A stretch of 63,482 bases of DNA, filler included, from Hyphochytrium catenoides (taxonomy: Eukaryota; Protista; Hyphochytriomycota), in NCBI GenBank assembly GCA_900088475.1. It is 7 parts of 7 records of this genome, joined end to end, with 100 filler letters (N's around TTAATTAATTAA, not from the genome) between each part and the next. Parts side by side here need not be neighbours in the genome. Positions count along the whole stretch, not along the records: positions 1 to 25,960 come from FLMG01000169.1; 6 more parts are not named here. One strand, written 5' to 3'. Below, in pieces: positions 11,102-22,393 of this stretch (positions are counted from its first letter, which is position 1; every line of letters starts with the position of its first letter). A program made the translations under genes and the position numbers. A model generated the notes under the pieces. That model searched no databases. It had not been told where the DNA came from and saw nothing but the letters and a program-made list of their open reading frames with translations.

Positions 11102-14100
11102 CAAGCAGGGGAATAAGGAAGTAATAGTGAGAGGGGAAGAAAGAGCGTGAGAGGAGAGAGAAAGACAGACCGAGTCAGAGAGAAAAAGAGGGAAAAGAGA
11201 GAGAGACAGAGACCGAGAGAGAAAGTAAAGCAAGCGATGACAGCTCTAGGACACTTGCCTGCTCCTGCCGTACTAACCACCTTCTTCACCTTGACAGCGG
11301 GGACGTGGTGGAACTCAATTGTTTCTTTCTCTTTTCTCTTTGGCGGCCGATAAGACGCAAGGATGACGCCTTTCTCTCCTGCATGGATAATGAGGTGCTT
11401 CTCTCTCTGTCTTTGTCCTGCCATGGCTCGTAGGACTGAGAAGGTTCAGGTGCGGGTTAGCCTCAAAGGTGAAGAGAAAAAGGCAACCCGAAGAGCGCTT
11501 GACGAGGAGAGTACTGCAAAGAGACAAAGCCGAGGAATGGGAAGTGCCACAGAAGAGAGAAGAGAGACACAAGAGAGAAAAAAGAAAACACATGCCATTC
11601 GATTAAGAAAGACGACAGAAAGGTGGGTAAGGATAGGCGTGCAACAGCAACCAAGAAAGAGAGAAAGAGAGAATGTGTGAGAGAGAGAAAGAGAGAGAGA
11701 GAGGAAAAGACGAGAGGTAAGCTCATGGACAGAGAAGAAACAGAGAAGAGAGAGGAAGAGAGTCAACAGCTTACCTATCTCCGCCTGGGACTCCATGACG
11801 CTTCTCTCTCTCTCCTCTTCGCTGTCCCCATTCTCTCTCTCTCCCTTCCATCCCAGACGCACTGCCATCTCTTCTAGTTCTCGGTAGTTGGGCGACACAA
11901 AGTGAATTGCATCCAAAACCTGGAGAGAGAAAGAACTATCTTTACTCAGCTCACGGCTAAACCAGAAATAAACGACCGTGACTGATGAAGAGAACAGTAG
12001 AGACTGCAAGAGAACCAGAGAGACCGTGAGAAGCCCCAGAAGAAGACGGAAACGGGAGCAGAGAAGGCGATTGCGGACCCAGAGAAAGAGAAAGGTCAAG
12101 GAGAATGCAAGAGAAAGGGAGGAGACAGGAAAGAAAAAAAGAGAGAATGGAGATTGAGACAGAGAGACTGGAAGAGAGAGAGAGAGACAAACTCGCAGCC
12201 ACGATATTTGATTGGCCTCCTACAGTTCCTACCTTTGCCTCTATAGGCCGTGCCGCCTTGGTGATGGAAGTAGGCTCGAACCAGAGAGAGAGAGAAGGAG
12301 CTTGAGTCGCACAGTGATGAGCGATCTCTGCCAGAAGAGTCGGAGGGATATTCCCGTCTACTATCACGAACTTGACTCCACGCAATCGCTCTGGGAGATT
12401 AGTCAGAAGCTCTGGCCCCTACGGAGAAGCAAGAGAGAGAGAGAGAGTGTTTTGAAAAGGAGAGAATGATGGAGAGAGAAAAGAGAGGGAGACAATATTT
12501 GAGCAAGCGAGTGACCGTGAGAGGGGTCGTGAGAATAGGGAAGAAAGGGCAGGAGAGACAGAGAGATAGAGCTCCAGGCCCCGGAGAGAGAACTGGTTGT
12601 TTGATTACAAAGTGAAGAAAGGTCATACTTCCACATCTCACATAATCGGCAGAGAAGAGGTAAAATAAGGCAGAATGGGCCCCTTGCTCCATGCTGAAAA
12701 TGCAGCGCAAAGAGAGAAAGAGAGAGAGAAAAAGATAGTTGAACAAAGAAAGAGAGAGACTCACCACGTTATCTAAGATCGAGAGGTCGAAGACGCCGTT
12801 CATCAGATCTCCATCTGGCGACAGCACAGTGCTGCACACTGGCGACTGCTTGCCGGGAATAACAGTAAGGCCACTGGTGTCCAAACCTAAGAAGAGAGTC
12901 GTGTCCGGTGGATGAACAAGCATGAGAAACAATGTGGTCTGAAAGTCATTGAAGGAAGGGCATGAGACCATCAAAGTGACAGGGGGAGAAGCAAAAGCAT
13001 ATAGAAGGGATAAAGCATACGTAACCTAAAATCTAGGGCAGTGGAAGAACCAAGATAGGGAACAGAGAAACGGGAGCAAAGAGAGAGAGAGAGAGCCAGA
13101 GGAGAGAGAGAGAAAGAACGGGGAAAGAGAACGGCGTACTCAGCTGATGGGCGCCTACAATGCTAAAAGGGTAAAAGGACACAAAAAGCCGTGGATTCAC
13201 GTTAATTACCTAAGCTTTCCATATGTTCCCGCAGGTCCTTGCCCCAGCTGTCGTCTCCTACGGGAGAGAGCAGCAGAGGCTCGACACCAAGCCGCTTCAG
13301 CGCTTCTGCTACGTTTCTTCCAACTCCTGCGGGATGCGATAGGGAAAGCTTAAATATCAAGATCTTGATTTGAAAGGGAAGCTCAGGTCTTTCTCTCTGA
13401 TCTAAGTTCTGAGAGACATACTTTCTGAGAGTCCGTAAACTGCCTTCTTTCTTCCAGAACTGCCAGCCAGCTCTCTCTCTCCCTCCAGCTCTCTCCCTCT
13501 CTTTCTCCCTCTCTGTCTCTCTTTTTCTCACTTCCTGGGATTTCCTTACCTCCGTACTTGACGCTGATGGTGCCAGGTGTGGTCGTCGCGGGCAAGACTT
13601 GCTGTCTTGCGGTCCCTTCCACATCTACTGCGGCACAGCCAAAGATCGCAACCTTATTTTGTCTATAAACACTATCCTCTTTGTAACTCTTGCTTGTCTG
13701 AGAGATAAAGGTAAGAATGACAGAGGGAATGCTAAAAGAGAGAGGGCGCGAAAGCGCGGAGAGAGCAACAAGATGTCCAAGATTTATAAAGAAGAGGTAC
13801 CTAGAGAGGATAGGAAAGACCACGCAGGGGGTAGGAGGAGGCATTTCTCAAAGCGCGAGCAGAGTATGATGAGCAAAAGAGAGACGATGACACGCGAGGC
13901 AACTATTTATTTACCCTTCTTACTCCTCCCAAGCTCTCTTCTCTCTGTAACCGCGAGAGAGTTGCTGCTATTTGTGAACCGACAACCGCATTATTCTTAA
14001 CTAGCGCAATGTTCGCAGTCAATGATTCTCCAGCTGTGAGCTCATTGACTCTCGCCAGTAGAAATGGCGTTACTGCCTTCCCTTGAATGCCCCTCGTCTT

Positions 14101-17100
14101 TGTCTCCTGCACTGCTTGCTGAAGAACGACAAGTAGGTTAGCTGAAACGAGAAGCAGAGGCCTTCAGAGGCTGGCAGGTAACAGGCAAACCAAAAGGGCG
14201 GTACACTGCGCCAAAAAGAGAAGAAGTGAACATGACTATGCCTCAAGGTCACTCTTGGAAATTGATTTATCTCCCTAGAAAAGTCGTAATTCATAGCGCA
14301 GAGCGGACATTATCTGGCTCTGCCTCTGCGCTAGGACCCTTTAGCACCTAGATCGTAAGCCCAAGGGAAGGATGGCGGATATAGAGTACCTGTATGGCTT
14401 TCTCAATCCTCTCTGACTCTCCACAGCTCAGGTTTGGCACAGCAATCACCATCCCGTTCTCCATTCCAAGCTCTAGACTTGCCTTCACTGCCCGTGCACA
14501 CTCCTCTACTGAATCCAAGCGAAGAGGGACTGAGAAAGGAGACGAGGGAGAGAAGAATGCGGGAAAGGAGTTCGTCTGGTAGCCAATGACAGGGACTCCC
14601 TGAGCCAAGAAAGAGACATCAAAGACGATAGCGTAAGCAAGAAATGAGATCCATATTCTGTATGTCCATTGGTCGATGCGTCCTCCTTCTTCTCTTCTCT
14701 CTTCCTTCCACCCACTCCCCCATCTCTTCCTTTCTCTTTCTCTCCCTATGGATAATCTAAGTATGTCTTTCCAATCTGCTCTCTTTATTCTGCAGTCTTT
14801 GCCTACTTTCCAACGTCAACGGCACCTACCCTGGTCTCGAGGCACTCTAAGGTTAATCCCAGATCCAGGATAGATTTAGCTCCAGCGCACACCACCGCCA
14901 CCGGTGACTGGCCCAGCTCTGTTATGTCAGCCGAGATGTCTGACCAAAGACAAGAAGCAATGAGGAGCCATGGCGCTTGCTAGAGCCAACAAAAACTACG
15001 ATAATGTCTCACGGGAGATCTCCGACGGCAAAGATATTGACAGTGTCAAGAGAAGGATGAAAGGGGCTTCACCCAGTTTCAGGAGAAAGGCATAAACAAG
15101 ACGGTCACTTACCCATCGTACTAGCAGCTTCACGATGCGCTCCTCCGATGCCACCAGTGACGAAAACAGGGATTCCACAGCCAGCAGCAACAAACCTAAT
15201 CAATTAGTCAGCAATGGAAGAGCTTAAACATAAGAAGCGAGAAGACAAAGCTCTGTATGTATATGAGGAAGAGAAAGAGAGAGAGAGAGAGCGAGAGAGC
15301 GAGAGAGCGAGAGAGAGAGAGAGGGGGGGAGAGGATTGGTGGCGAGTTTGATGCACTCAAACGATCATACGGCTCTATGGGGTTCCTTCATCCAAACTCG
15401 TCTTACATCGTAGCTGCTACCGTCGTGGCTCCAGGAACCCCACTGGCAACAGTGGCCGCAATGTCACGCCTGAACGCCAGGTTGAAGAGGTTAGATTCCA
15501 CCAAACCAGTCTACACGGGTGGAGATTCATATGACTGTGCAGACAGGCAGAGAGCATAGGAAGAACAATGGGCCGACATTGACTATCTGGGCTGAACAAG
15601 AATGATAGGAGACATTCTCTGCACCTTACCGAGAGCACTTACGAACTTGCTGTCCTTCCTTGGCAAGAGTTCTCAGCCTATTGTCATCCAACCCCACACG
15701 TATCTGCGTAAGAGAGAGAAAAAGAGAGAGACACAGAGAGAGAATTCATAAGAGAGAGGGGACAAAGTCAATGGAACTTTCTTAGACAGAAGGTACAAAG
15801 TCAAGAGCCGATCCCATTGTTGGCTCTTTTTATGGCCATTGACCAAGTAGGCTCCAGGCATCACTATGGCTGGCATCCCTATGAGAGGCCAAATGCCCTC
15901 TCATCATAGCCACAGTGAGGTCCCACATCAGGGGCTCCGGAGAGAGTCGATGAGGTGTTTCGAGCCCTCCGTTGTGCCTGTCTTCAGACTATGTAAAGGC
16001 CATCTTTGTTGGTGGAGCTGATGCAAGAGGAGTCGGCAGCCCCGAAAAGTCCCCTATGTGTCTCAGTGGGATCCTGTCTAGACCACCTGTGTAGGCCCCA
16101 TAAGGGAAGAGTAGGTGGCTCCTTTGTCCGTGGCCCTGGGGACCAATTGGGTAGTAGCAAACCTTTAGATCAATTGCCCTGCGGGGCCTTTAGGAGGGCG
16201 AGTGCACCAGGGACAACCGTAGAAGAATGACCTGTAGCTTCTGTTGACGGCAATGGCGTCATCTCGTCCGCGTAGGTCTCACGGAGGACACAATCGGTTT
16301 CTACAAGCGCAATAGCCTTGAGAAAGAGAGGAGATGGCTGCTAATCCAGAAGTCCCTTGACAAGTATAAGCAGCTGAGTTGCAGGCACTCTCAGGGATGA
16401 TGGAGTCGGGTCTCTCCGCATCTCGTCAAGTTCAGGAACCAAGTAGCTGCGTAAGGGATCAAGTGTAGGCCAGCAACCAAAGTCACCGTCTCGACTTCCT
16501 CGTGTAGAGAGGATCGTGACGGAGGTATGTGTAGAACTCTTCTGAGCTGACTCGAACTCTGCTTAATCTCAAACCAAATGCCAGCTTTGCCTTTACCTAG
16601 ACCCAATGAGCACGGCGAGTCCTTTCATACACCTTAATGACTGCTCTCAGCTCTCAAAAGGGCCATACTGCCGTCCTATCCCAGTATCCGATGTCCTATT
16701 GGGACTGCACCGGTCCTACTCCCGCATTCTATGGATAAGGAGAACCAAGCCTAACCTTTAGCCTCACCTTGCCGTCCATGATTGCAATAGTAGCTGGCAC
16801 AGCCCCGTTCTCTCGAACTATAGACTCAATCTCCCTAGCTGTCTCATAGTTCTGGGGATAGGGCATGCCTGCTCGTGACATAAGATTGAATAGATGACAT
16901 GGTGAGAGGTCCAAGGGTCAACGAAAGACAGGAAGAGAAAGACCGGGTGACAATGCTGCTTACCATGAGATATAATTGTTGACTCTAGCGCAACGACTGG
17001 CTGCTTGGATGCTAGCGCGTCAGATACGGCCGGATCGAGGGCGACTAACGGACTGAATGCCGCGCCACCAGAGCGTAAACCCATTAGTAACTCTATAAGT

Positions 17101-17251
17101 ACATGGGTAACAAGATGTAGCTTCAATATTACCTATCCAGCAGCCTTGAAGCTGAAGTTAGTGTCCGTGCAAAGGCATGCCGGAAAGGTTGTCTCCGTTG
17201 CGAAAGCGCTAAACGCTGCAACACGGCACCCTTAGCCCAGGTAAGCTTCAT
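10599..17251 (-). CDS. psuG/psuK: Bifunctional pseudouridine-5'-phosphate glycosidase (PsuG/IndA family) + PfkB-family pseudouridine kinase, multi-exon
   Basis: Spliced exons give [83 protein letters not shown] and [29 protein letters not shown] (PsuG). These are followed by [17 protein letters not shown] and VSPNYREL, and [14 protein letters not shown] (PfkB signatures). TAA at 10601-10599. The ATG at 17251 is inferred from an in-frame first exon. Confidence 0.9.
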
Positions 17252-18193
17252 TCTCGGCCCGCCGTGGCACAGCTTCTGTTGAAGGCCCTGCAGCGTCATT
17301 TTGTCCCTCTGCTGCCTTCAATACCAAGTGAAGCCCGTGATTCTTTCGGCGCTGTCCTAGAGCTCAAGCTAACGGAAGTCCGGCGCAGTCTCCAGCTGTC
17401 CTCAATCTGTGGGTGAGAAGCATCGTCTGAAGCTTCAGAATGCGCATTTTCAGCTCTGAGGCGTGGCGAGGGGCAATGCCTCCCAATTTATTCGTACCTC
17501 CTAATAAATCAAACGACTCATAGCCTAAGGGTCTATCAGTTATATTCAGGGAAAGTAATGGGCAAGAGAGTTAAGTGATATGGTAACCTAATATTGTCAC
17601 TTTACATCATGGGAAGAAGATAAGAAGAATGCTGTTTGACCATGACAGACAAAGTCTCTCCGTACTGTTCACAGGGTGTTGGAGCTTTCTTCTTGCTTGG
17701 ATGTGGTGCAGGCGTTCGATGCACTGATGCAAGCGCTATCTCCCTCACTTTCTCCGTCAAAATCCCATACTTCCCGTCTTCTTGTGCTCTCACACCTGCC
17801 AATCCTTGACCCTCCCCTTTCAACGGAATATTATCATTTGCCCGTGCCTCTAGTAAAGCAACCCAGTATGCAAGATTTTCTTGAAGAGCTAGTTTCTCTT
17901 TACTATTTAAATGCCTAACTCCCAGCAAGCAAGGAAAGGCTAACGATTGTTATCTAGAGGAGTTTCAAAGTCTGCCAAGTTCATGATGTCAAGCGAATGC
18001 AAGAACGACGTGTCGGATAGCAAGACAAGAAACCCCATGATCAGGAGGAGGGAGACAAGAAAGAGAACAAAAAAATAGGGTTGATGGCTAGGCGTTAACA
18101 GGCTCAGACTAGTGAGAGTGAACGATAAAGATCACCTGCCACAGGGAGCCAGGAAGAAAGACGTCAACAGAAGATCTGAGAGGGTCAGCAAAA

Positions 18194-18850
18194 TCAGAGG
18201 CCATATTTGCCGCTGAAGGCAAACTCGCATGTATCCGCATTCCAGGAGATGGTTACGAAATCTCCACGCAGATAGAGGTAATCGTAGCGCACTTTTGCTT
18301 GGATGCTGTCGTGCCTGAAGAGATCTTCAAACTCGCTCAGTGGAATGCGTTTCTTCTTGAAGTTGCACTTCTCCTCATTGATGAGCGCCTTGAATATCTC
18401 AGGGCCGGTGCAGATGCTCTCGTAGCTCCACCGAGCATTGCCATTCTTACAGCTAGGCTTCCATTTCATTTGAGCCTTGATTTGTCTCGCCATCACCTTA
18501 ATAAGCTTCTCCACTTCTGCCTCTACTTGTTCCTTGGACTTCTGTTTGGGTGCCGCCATGATAGCAGCGAAAGCATCTTTCTCGCCCTTCTTTCCAGCCG
18601 ACTTCCCGCCAGTCCCTCCCAGTTTCTTCGTGTAGTTTAGGAGGCTCTGCAGAGCTTGGACGAGCTCCTGCTTGGAGAGCTCGCTAAAAAACTTATCAGG
18701 CTTTGATAGCAAACTCTCCGGAGAGAGGCTCTTTGTGGTCTTGCTCTTCTTTTGCTTTGGAGTAGTTGGAGTCAAACATTCTCCGGCGTTCCCCGAAGCT
18801 CCTTCGCCAGAGACTGATGTCTCTTCTTCCACGGAACGCTTGATGGCCAT
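18194..18850 (-). CDS. Intronless hypothetical protein (218 aa from ATG 18850), basic low-complexity N-terminus plus a compact C-terminal domain
   Basis: Long ORF free of microsatellite. The globular-looking C-terminus is QMKWKPSCKNGNARWSYE..VRYDYLYLRGDFVTISWN..FAFSGKYGL. The ORF-track start at 19105 is a non-ATG extension. Confidence 0.75.
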   Translation of the reverse strand: MAIKRSVEEETSVSGEGASGNAGECLTPTTPKQKKSKTTKSLSPESLLSKPDKFFSELSKQELVQALQSLLNYTKKLGGTGGKSAGKKGEKDAFAAIMAAPKQKSKEQVEAEVEKLIKVMARQIKAQMKWKPSCKNGNARWSYESICTGPEIFKALINEEKCNFKKKRIPLSEFEDLFRHDSIQAKVRYDYLYLRGDFVTISWNADTCEFAFSGKYGL

Positions 18851-20544
18851 AGTATGACGGATGGGATTCAGATGCGTCGAGCTCGCCAAGCCAGTGACAG
18901 GGAAACTCTCTCTGTCCAAAGCTAGCTCAAGCTGAGGATGCTCAATGTGGCGTAGGAGCGGCTTGTCACTGTGCAGCGCTAAGGCAGAAGTGGCGCAACC
19001 TTTAGACTGTTCAGAGACAGCGGCAGCAGGAGACAAACAGAGCCCAAGGATCAGCATTTGCTGTGAAGCTTTAGGTTGTGTATCAGGTTTGTTAGCTCGG
19101 AACAAAGAGCTGCGACTTGCCGTATCTCGCTAAATCTTCCTCTCCATGAACATATATAAAGCTATATAAACAAAATCTCTCCGCGCTCTGTCTCTCATCG
19201 TTATTCTCTTGATGGCGCCAAAAGTGACCCGCGAAAAGTTTGAGTTCAAAACAGCTCTGGGTGAAAGGACCTCCTAACAAGGACCCTACTTTTGTGATAT
19301 AGGCAATTTAGAGAGGTGGCTCCGATGGAAGGGGAACCTCTTTGAGGTCCATGAGAAGCAAGTTATAATCCAGTGCTACTAGGCTAACCCATCTGGACAG
19401 GTGGACCACCAAAGGATTGAGTGAGAAGAGATGATGACAGGCGGAAAAAAGAGAAGGCACAGACATACGGCACAGGAAATGATAAACGAAGCCAAAGGAC
19501 CGAACCTCTGGTGAGTTGAGCGATAGACAGAGCCCGGAAGAGACAGCAGATGGGGCAAATCACCAGTAAAAGAGCGTAAAACCGGGTCAAAGACATTATT
19601 GATTTACGCTCGCACCGAGAATGCGTTTCCGCCGCCCTTTCGAATTTCGCAAAGCACTTGGCAAAGGCGTAATCTAAATTGACGAAAGGTTCCGATGGCA
19701 ATCCTGTTCATCGTTTATTAGCCCTTGTTATTATCAGGGAAGAATCCGATAGAACCCGCGGTTGTAGAGGTAATCGAAATTCAGAGGCAGCGCCTTTCTT
19801 CCTTTCTAAATAACATGATAACTTCGCTGCCAACAACGCAATCTGCAAAAGTTTAGAGAACGACGTCGGACTTCAGAATTCATCTTTCTGCTTATCCGTA
19901 AGGCTTTACTACTGCAAGCCCTACGCCAAAGTAAGGCTAGTCTGTGGTTAGCTGAGGTGGACTTCAATAATAGTGTCAGCCGCGTCCGGACTTCTTGGTG
20001 AGCAGAGGCCTTTTTACGCTTGGTAGAGCCGCCATTCAAGCCCAACATCGCCGTACTGTCGTCTGGGTGTCTTGGTTTCATCATTGTTGTTCATCGCTTG
20101 TTGAGAGGCTTCGATAACACTAGGGTAGAAATAGGATATTAAGCAGGGAGAATAGTAGTAGCTGCTAAGGTCAGAGTCACTTCTTGACGAGGTTCTTTCC
20201 CTCAATAGATTAGGTACCAGCTTGGCTGATCTCTTTGCTTCGACTCCCCCTACCCCCCTGAGCGAGATGTTAGACAGTTCCAGCGGCGCGGCAAAGAGGT
20301 ACTGCTATGAGCAAGAAGGAACCTTGCCCATCACTTACGCAAGCAGCTAACTGTCTGAACACTTGTCATGGGACCATGCCTCCTCCTTCACGCGTCAAAT
20401 GGCTAGGGGTTGATATTGGTCTCTGCCATCTTACGGTCCAAACTTCTCACTGTTAATATGGCTAATCTTTAGCTGCTCCCCTCTCCTCCCCGTTCCCTTA
20501 GGCGAGATTCAGCAGAAAGTGATGTTGGTATCCTTTCAAAGAAA

Positions 20545-21581
20545 ATGGATGCTAAGACTAGCACTGCTCCAGTGCTAACACCAAGTACTAGCATTCTGAG
20601 TTCACCCTCCAGATACCTTTCAAGCTCCCAGTCCGATAGCGATATAAAGAAGCCCAGAGGGTACGAAAGCTCTGGTGGCAGAGGAGGGCAACCAGAGATA
20701 GATATGGCTGCGGTTTCTTCCACCTTTGAGCCAGGGAGTCATCACCTCATAGCTTCCTTTGGCGCAACAGCAGAGACAACAGGAGGAACAGGTGGTGACC
20801 AAGTCAATCTGACCATCAAGGAGAGTGGAGATTCCCAGTACCAACAACACCTAGATCCCGGAGACCCTGAGGAGGACGCAGGAGATGAGCTTTTCAATGT
20901 TGAGGCCTTAACTCTCTCTGGTCAACAGCTATTTGATCTGAAGGAACTACAGGAGATTGAGGCGGAAAGAAGAAAGCTCATCCAGCAAATGAACTCGGTA
21001 ATAGGCGGTGAGTTCGTCCAAAGACTTATGATAAACTCTGTCATGTAGGTTCGTTCTTCGTTCGTGCACTGCTTTATCACATCATCCGCCCTCCCACCGT
21101 TGCATTGTCAGCCATCTCCGTTATTACCATCACTCGGCCGTGAACTTAGTAGCAGCACTGCTTGTTGCACAGTCCTCTCTTTTGAGCGCCAGCCGGTTCT
21201 CACGTGCCTGCTTGTCCTTTTTTTCTGGTATTTGCTACCAATTGATTTAGGCATTGGTGACTACATGGGAGAGGTCTTCGACCGGTTTGCGAGGGAATGG
21301 AGCGATTACGTGAATAGCATTCTCCATAGAGAATACTTCCCAGGGATTCCAGCAAGTTTGGACATCCTTAGAAGAAACGAAGAAGTGAGTTCTTCCTTTT
21401 TCATTCAGAGGAAGAGATGAGGACACAGAGAGAAAGAGAGAGAGAGCAGAGTCTGTGACCTGAACGCTAATATCTCCCACTCTTCTTCTGCTTCGCCTTC
21501 TCTCAGATTCAAAAAAAGCTTCAAAAGTACATTAAGTCTTTCAACGAGATGTCTGATGAGATGAAAGTGATTGAGACCTAG
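20545..21581 (+). CDS. Hypothetical protein (~223 aa); exons 20545-21007, 21251-21384, 21507-21581
   Basis: Two GTGAGT donors and YAG acceptors keep the frame (463+134+75 nt) to a TAG stop. Disordered N-terminus, helical/coiled-coil C-terminus. Confidence 0.7.
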
Positions 21582-22393
21582 CAGAAGCTGGACTGAACTC
21601 CTACTTCCATTGAGACTGGGAGGTCGTGCTAGGTAGTTTCTACCTTAAAAACCGCCAGCTAGCAACAGTTCAGGAGCTCGCAGGAGAAGAAACTACCGGC
21701 TAATGGAGGAGGAGGCTATCGTCGTCTGCTAAAATCCGACGCGACAACATAGAAGATAATAGAACGGTGCAGCGTATATTATCTTCCAGCAACGTTTGTC
21801 ACCCAACACCACCACATTGACCGATCTTTGGTTCTCTTTGAGTTCCCTAGTAGTAGTGCACGGGAGAGGCGGCGGAGGATCAAGAAGGCATCGAAAGCGT
21901 CATCTAACACTTACCCATGCCTGCGGTTCCACTTTCTCCTTTTGTTAGCTTTCTATTGCGCTCTTCATTCTTTGCTCTCTCTCTCTTGCCTGGTTCCGGT
22001 CAATATTCTCCTATAGACTAGTACTACCATTCAGACTACCTACTTTCCTTAGCCTCTGATCCTTCTTCTTCAGTTCTTGTTATAAATGGAGGAAGCCGTT
22101 TGCCCTCTTCCAGGAGAGAGCGGAAGGGCTTCGTCAAGAGCGAGCTATCGCATTGCTGGATATTGCATTATGTTTCTGATCTTCTGTTGTTCAGCACTTT
22201 TGTTAGACCGAGAGCCAGCGCTGCTCATGGTTTCATTAGTGCTTGGCTGGGGCCTCCTCTACTTCTGACTCATCACTAAACGCCAATCCTTTTTTACTCA
22301 GCCTTTCTGACCATAAGGCACGCTTGCGTTGTACCACTTTTTTGCTCCTTGCGTGTCTCCCAACATTGTGGGTATTTAGTTCGCTCTGTTTTG

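Noticed and set aside
15895-15910. C-box-like ATGATGA on the sense strand of the long psuG intron (possible snoRNA)
   Set aside because: No D box (CTGA) or terminal stem at a suitable distance within the intron.
18851-19105. N-terminal extension of the 303-aa ORF
   Set aside because: The ORF-track start is non-ATG and the extension looks like 5' UTR. ATG 18850 is preferred, although an upstream in-frame ATG cannot be excluded.
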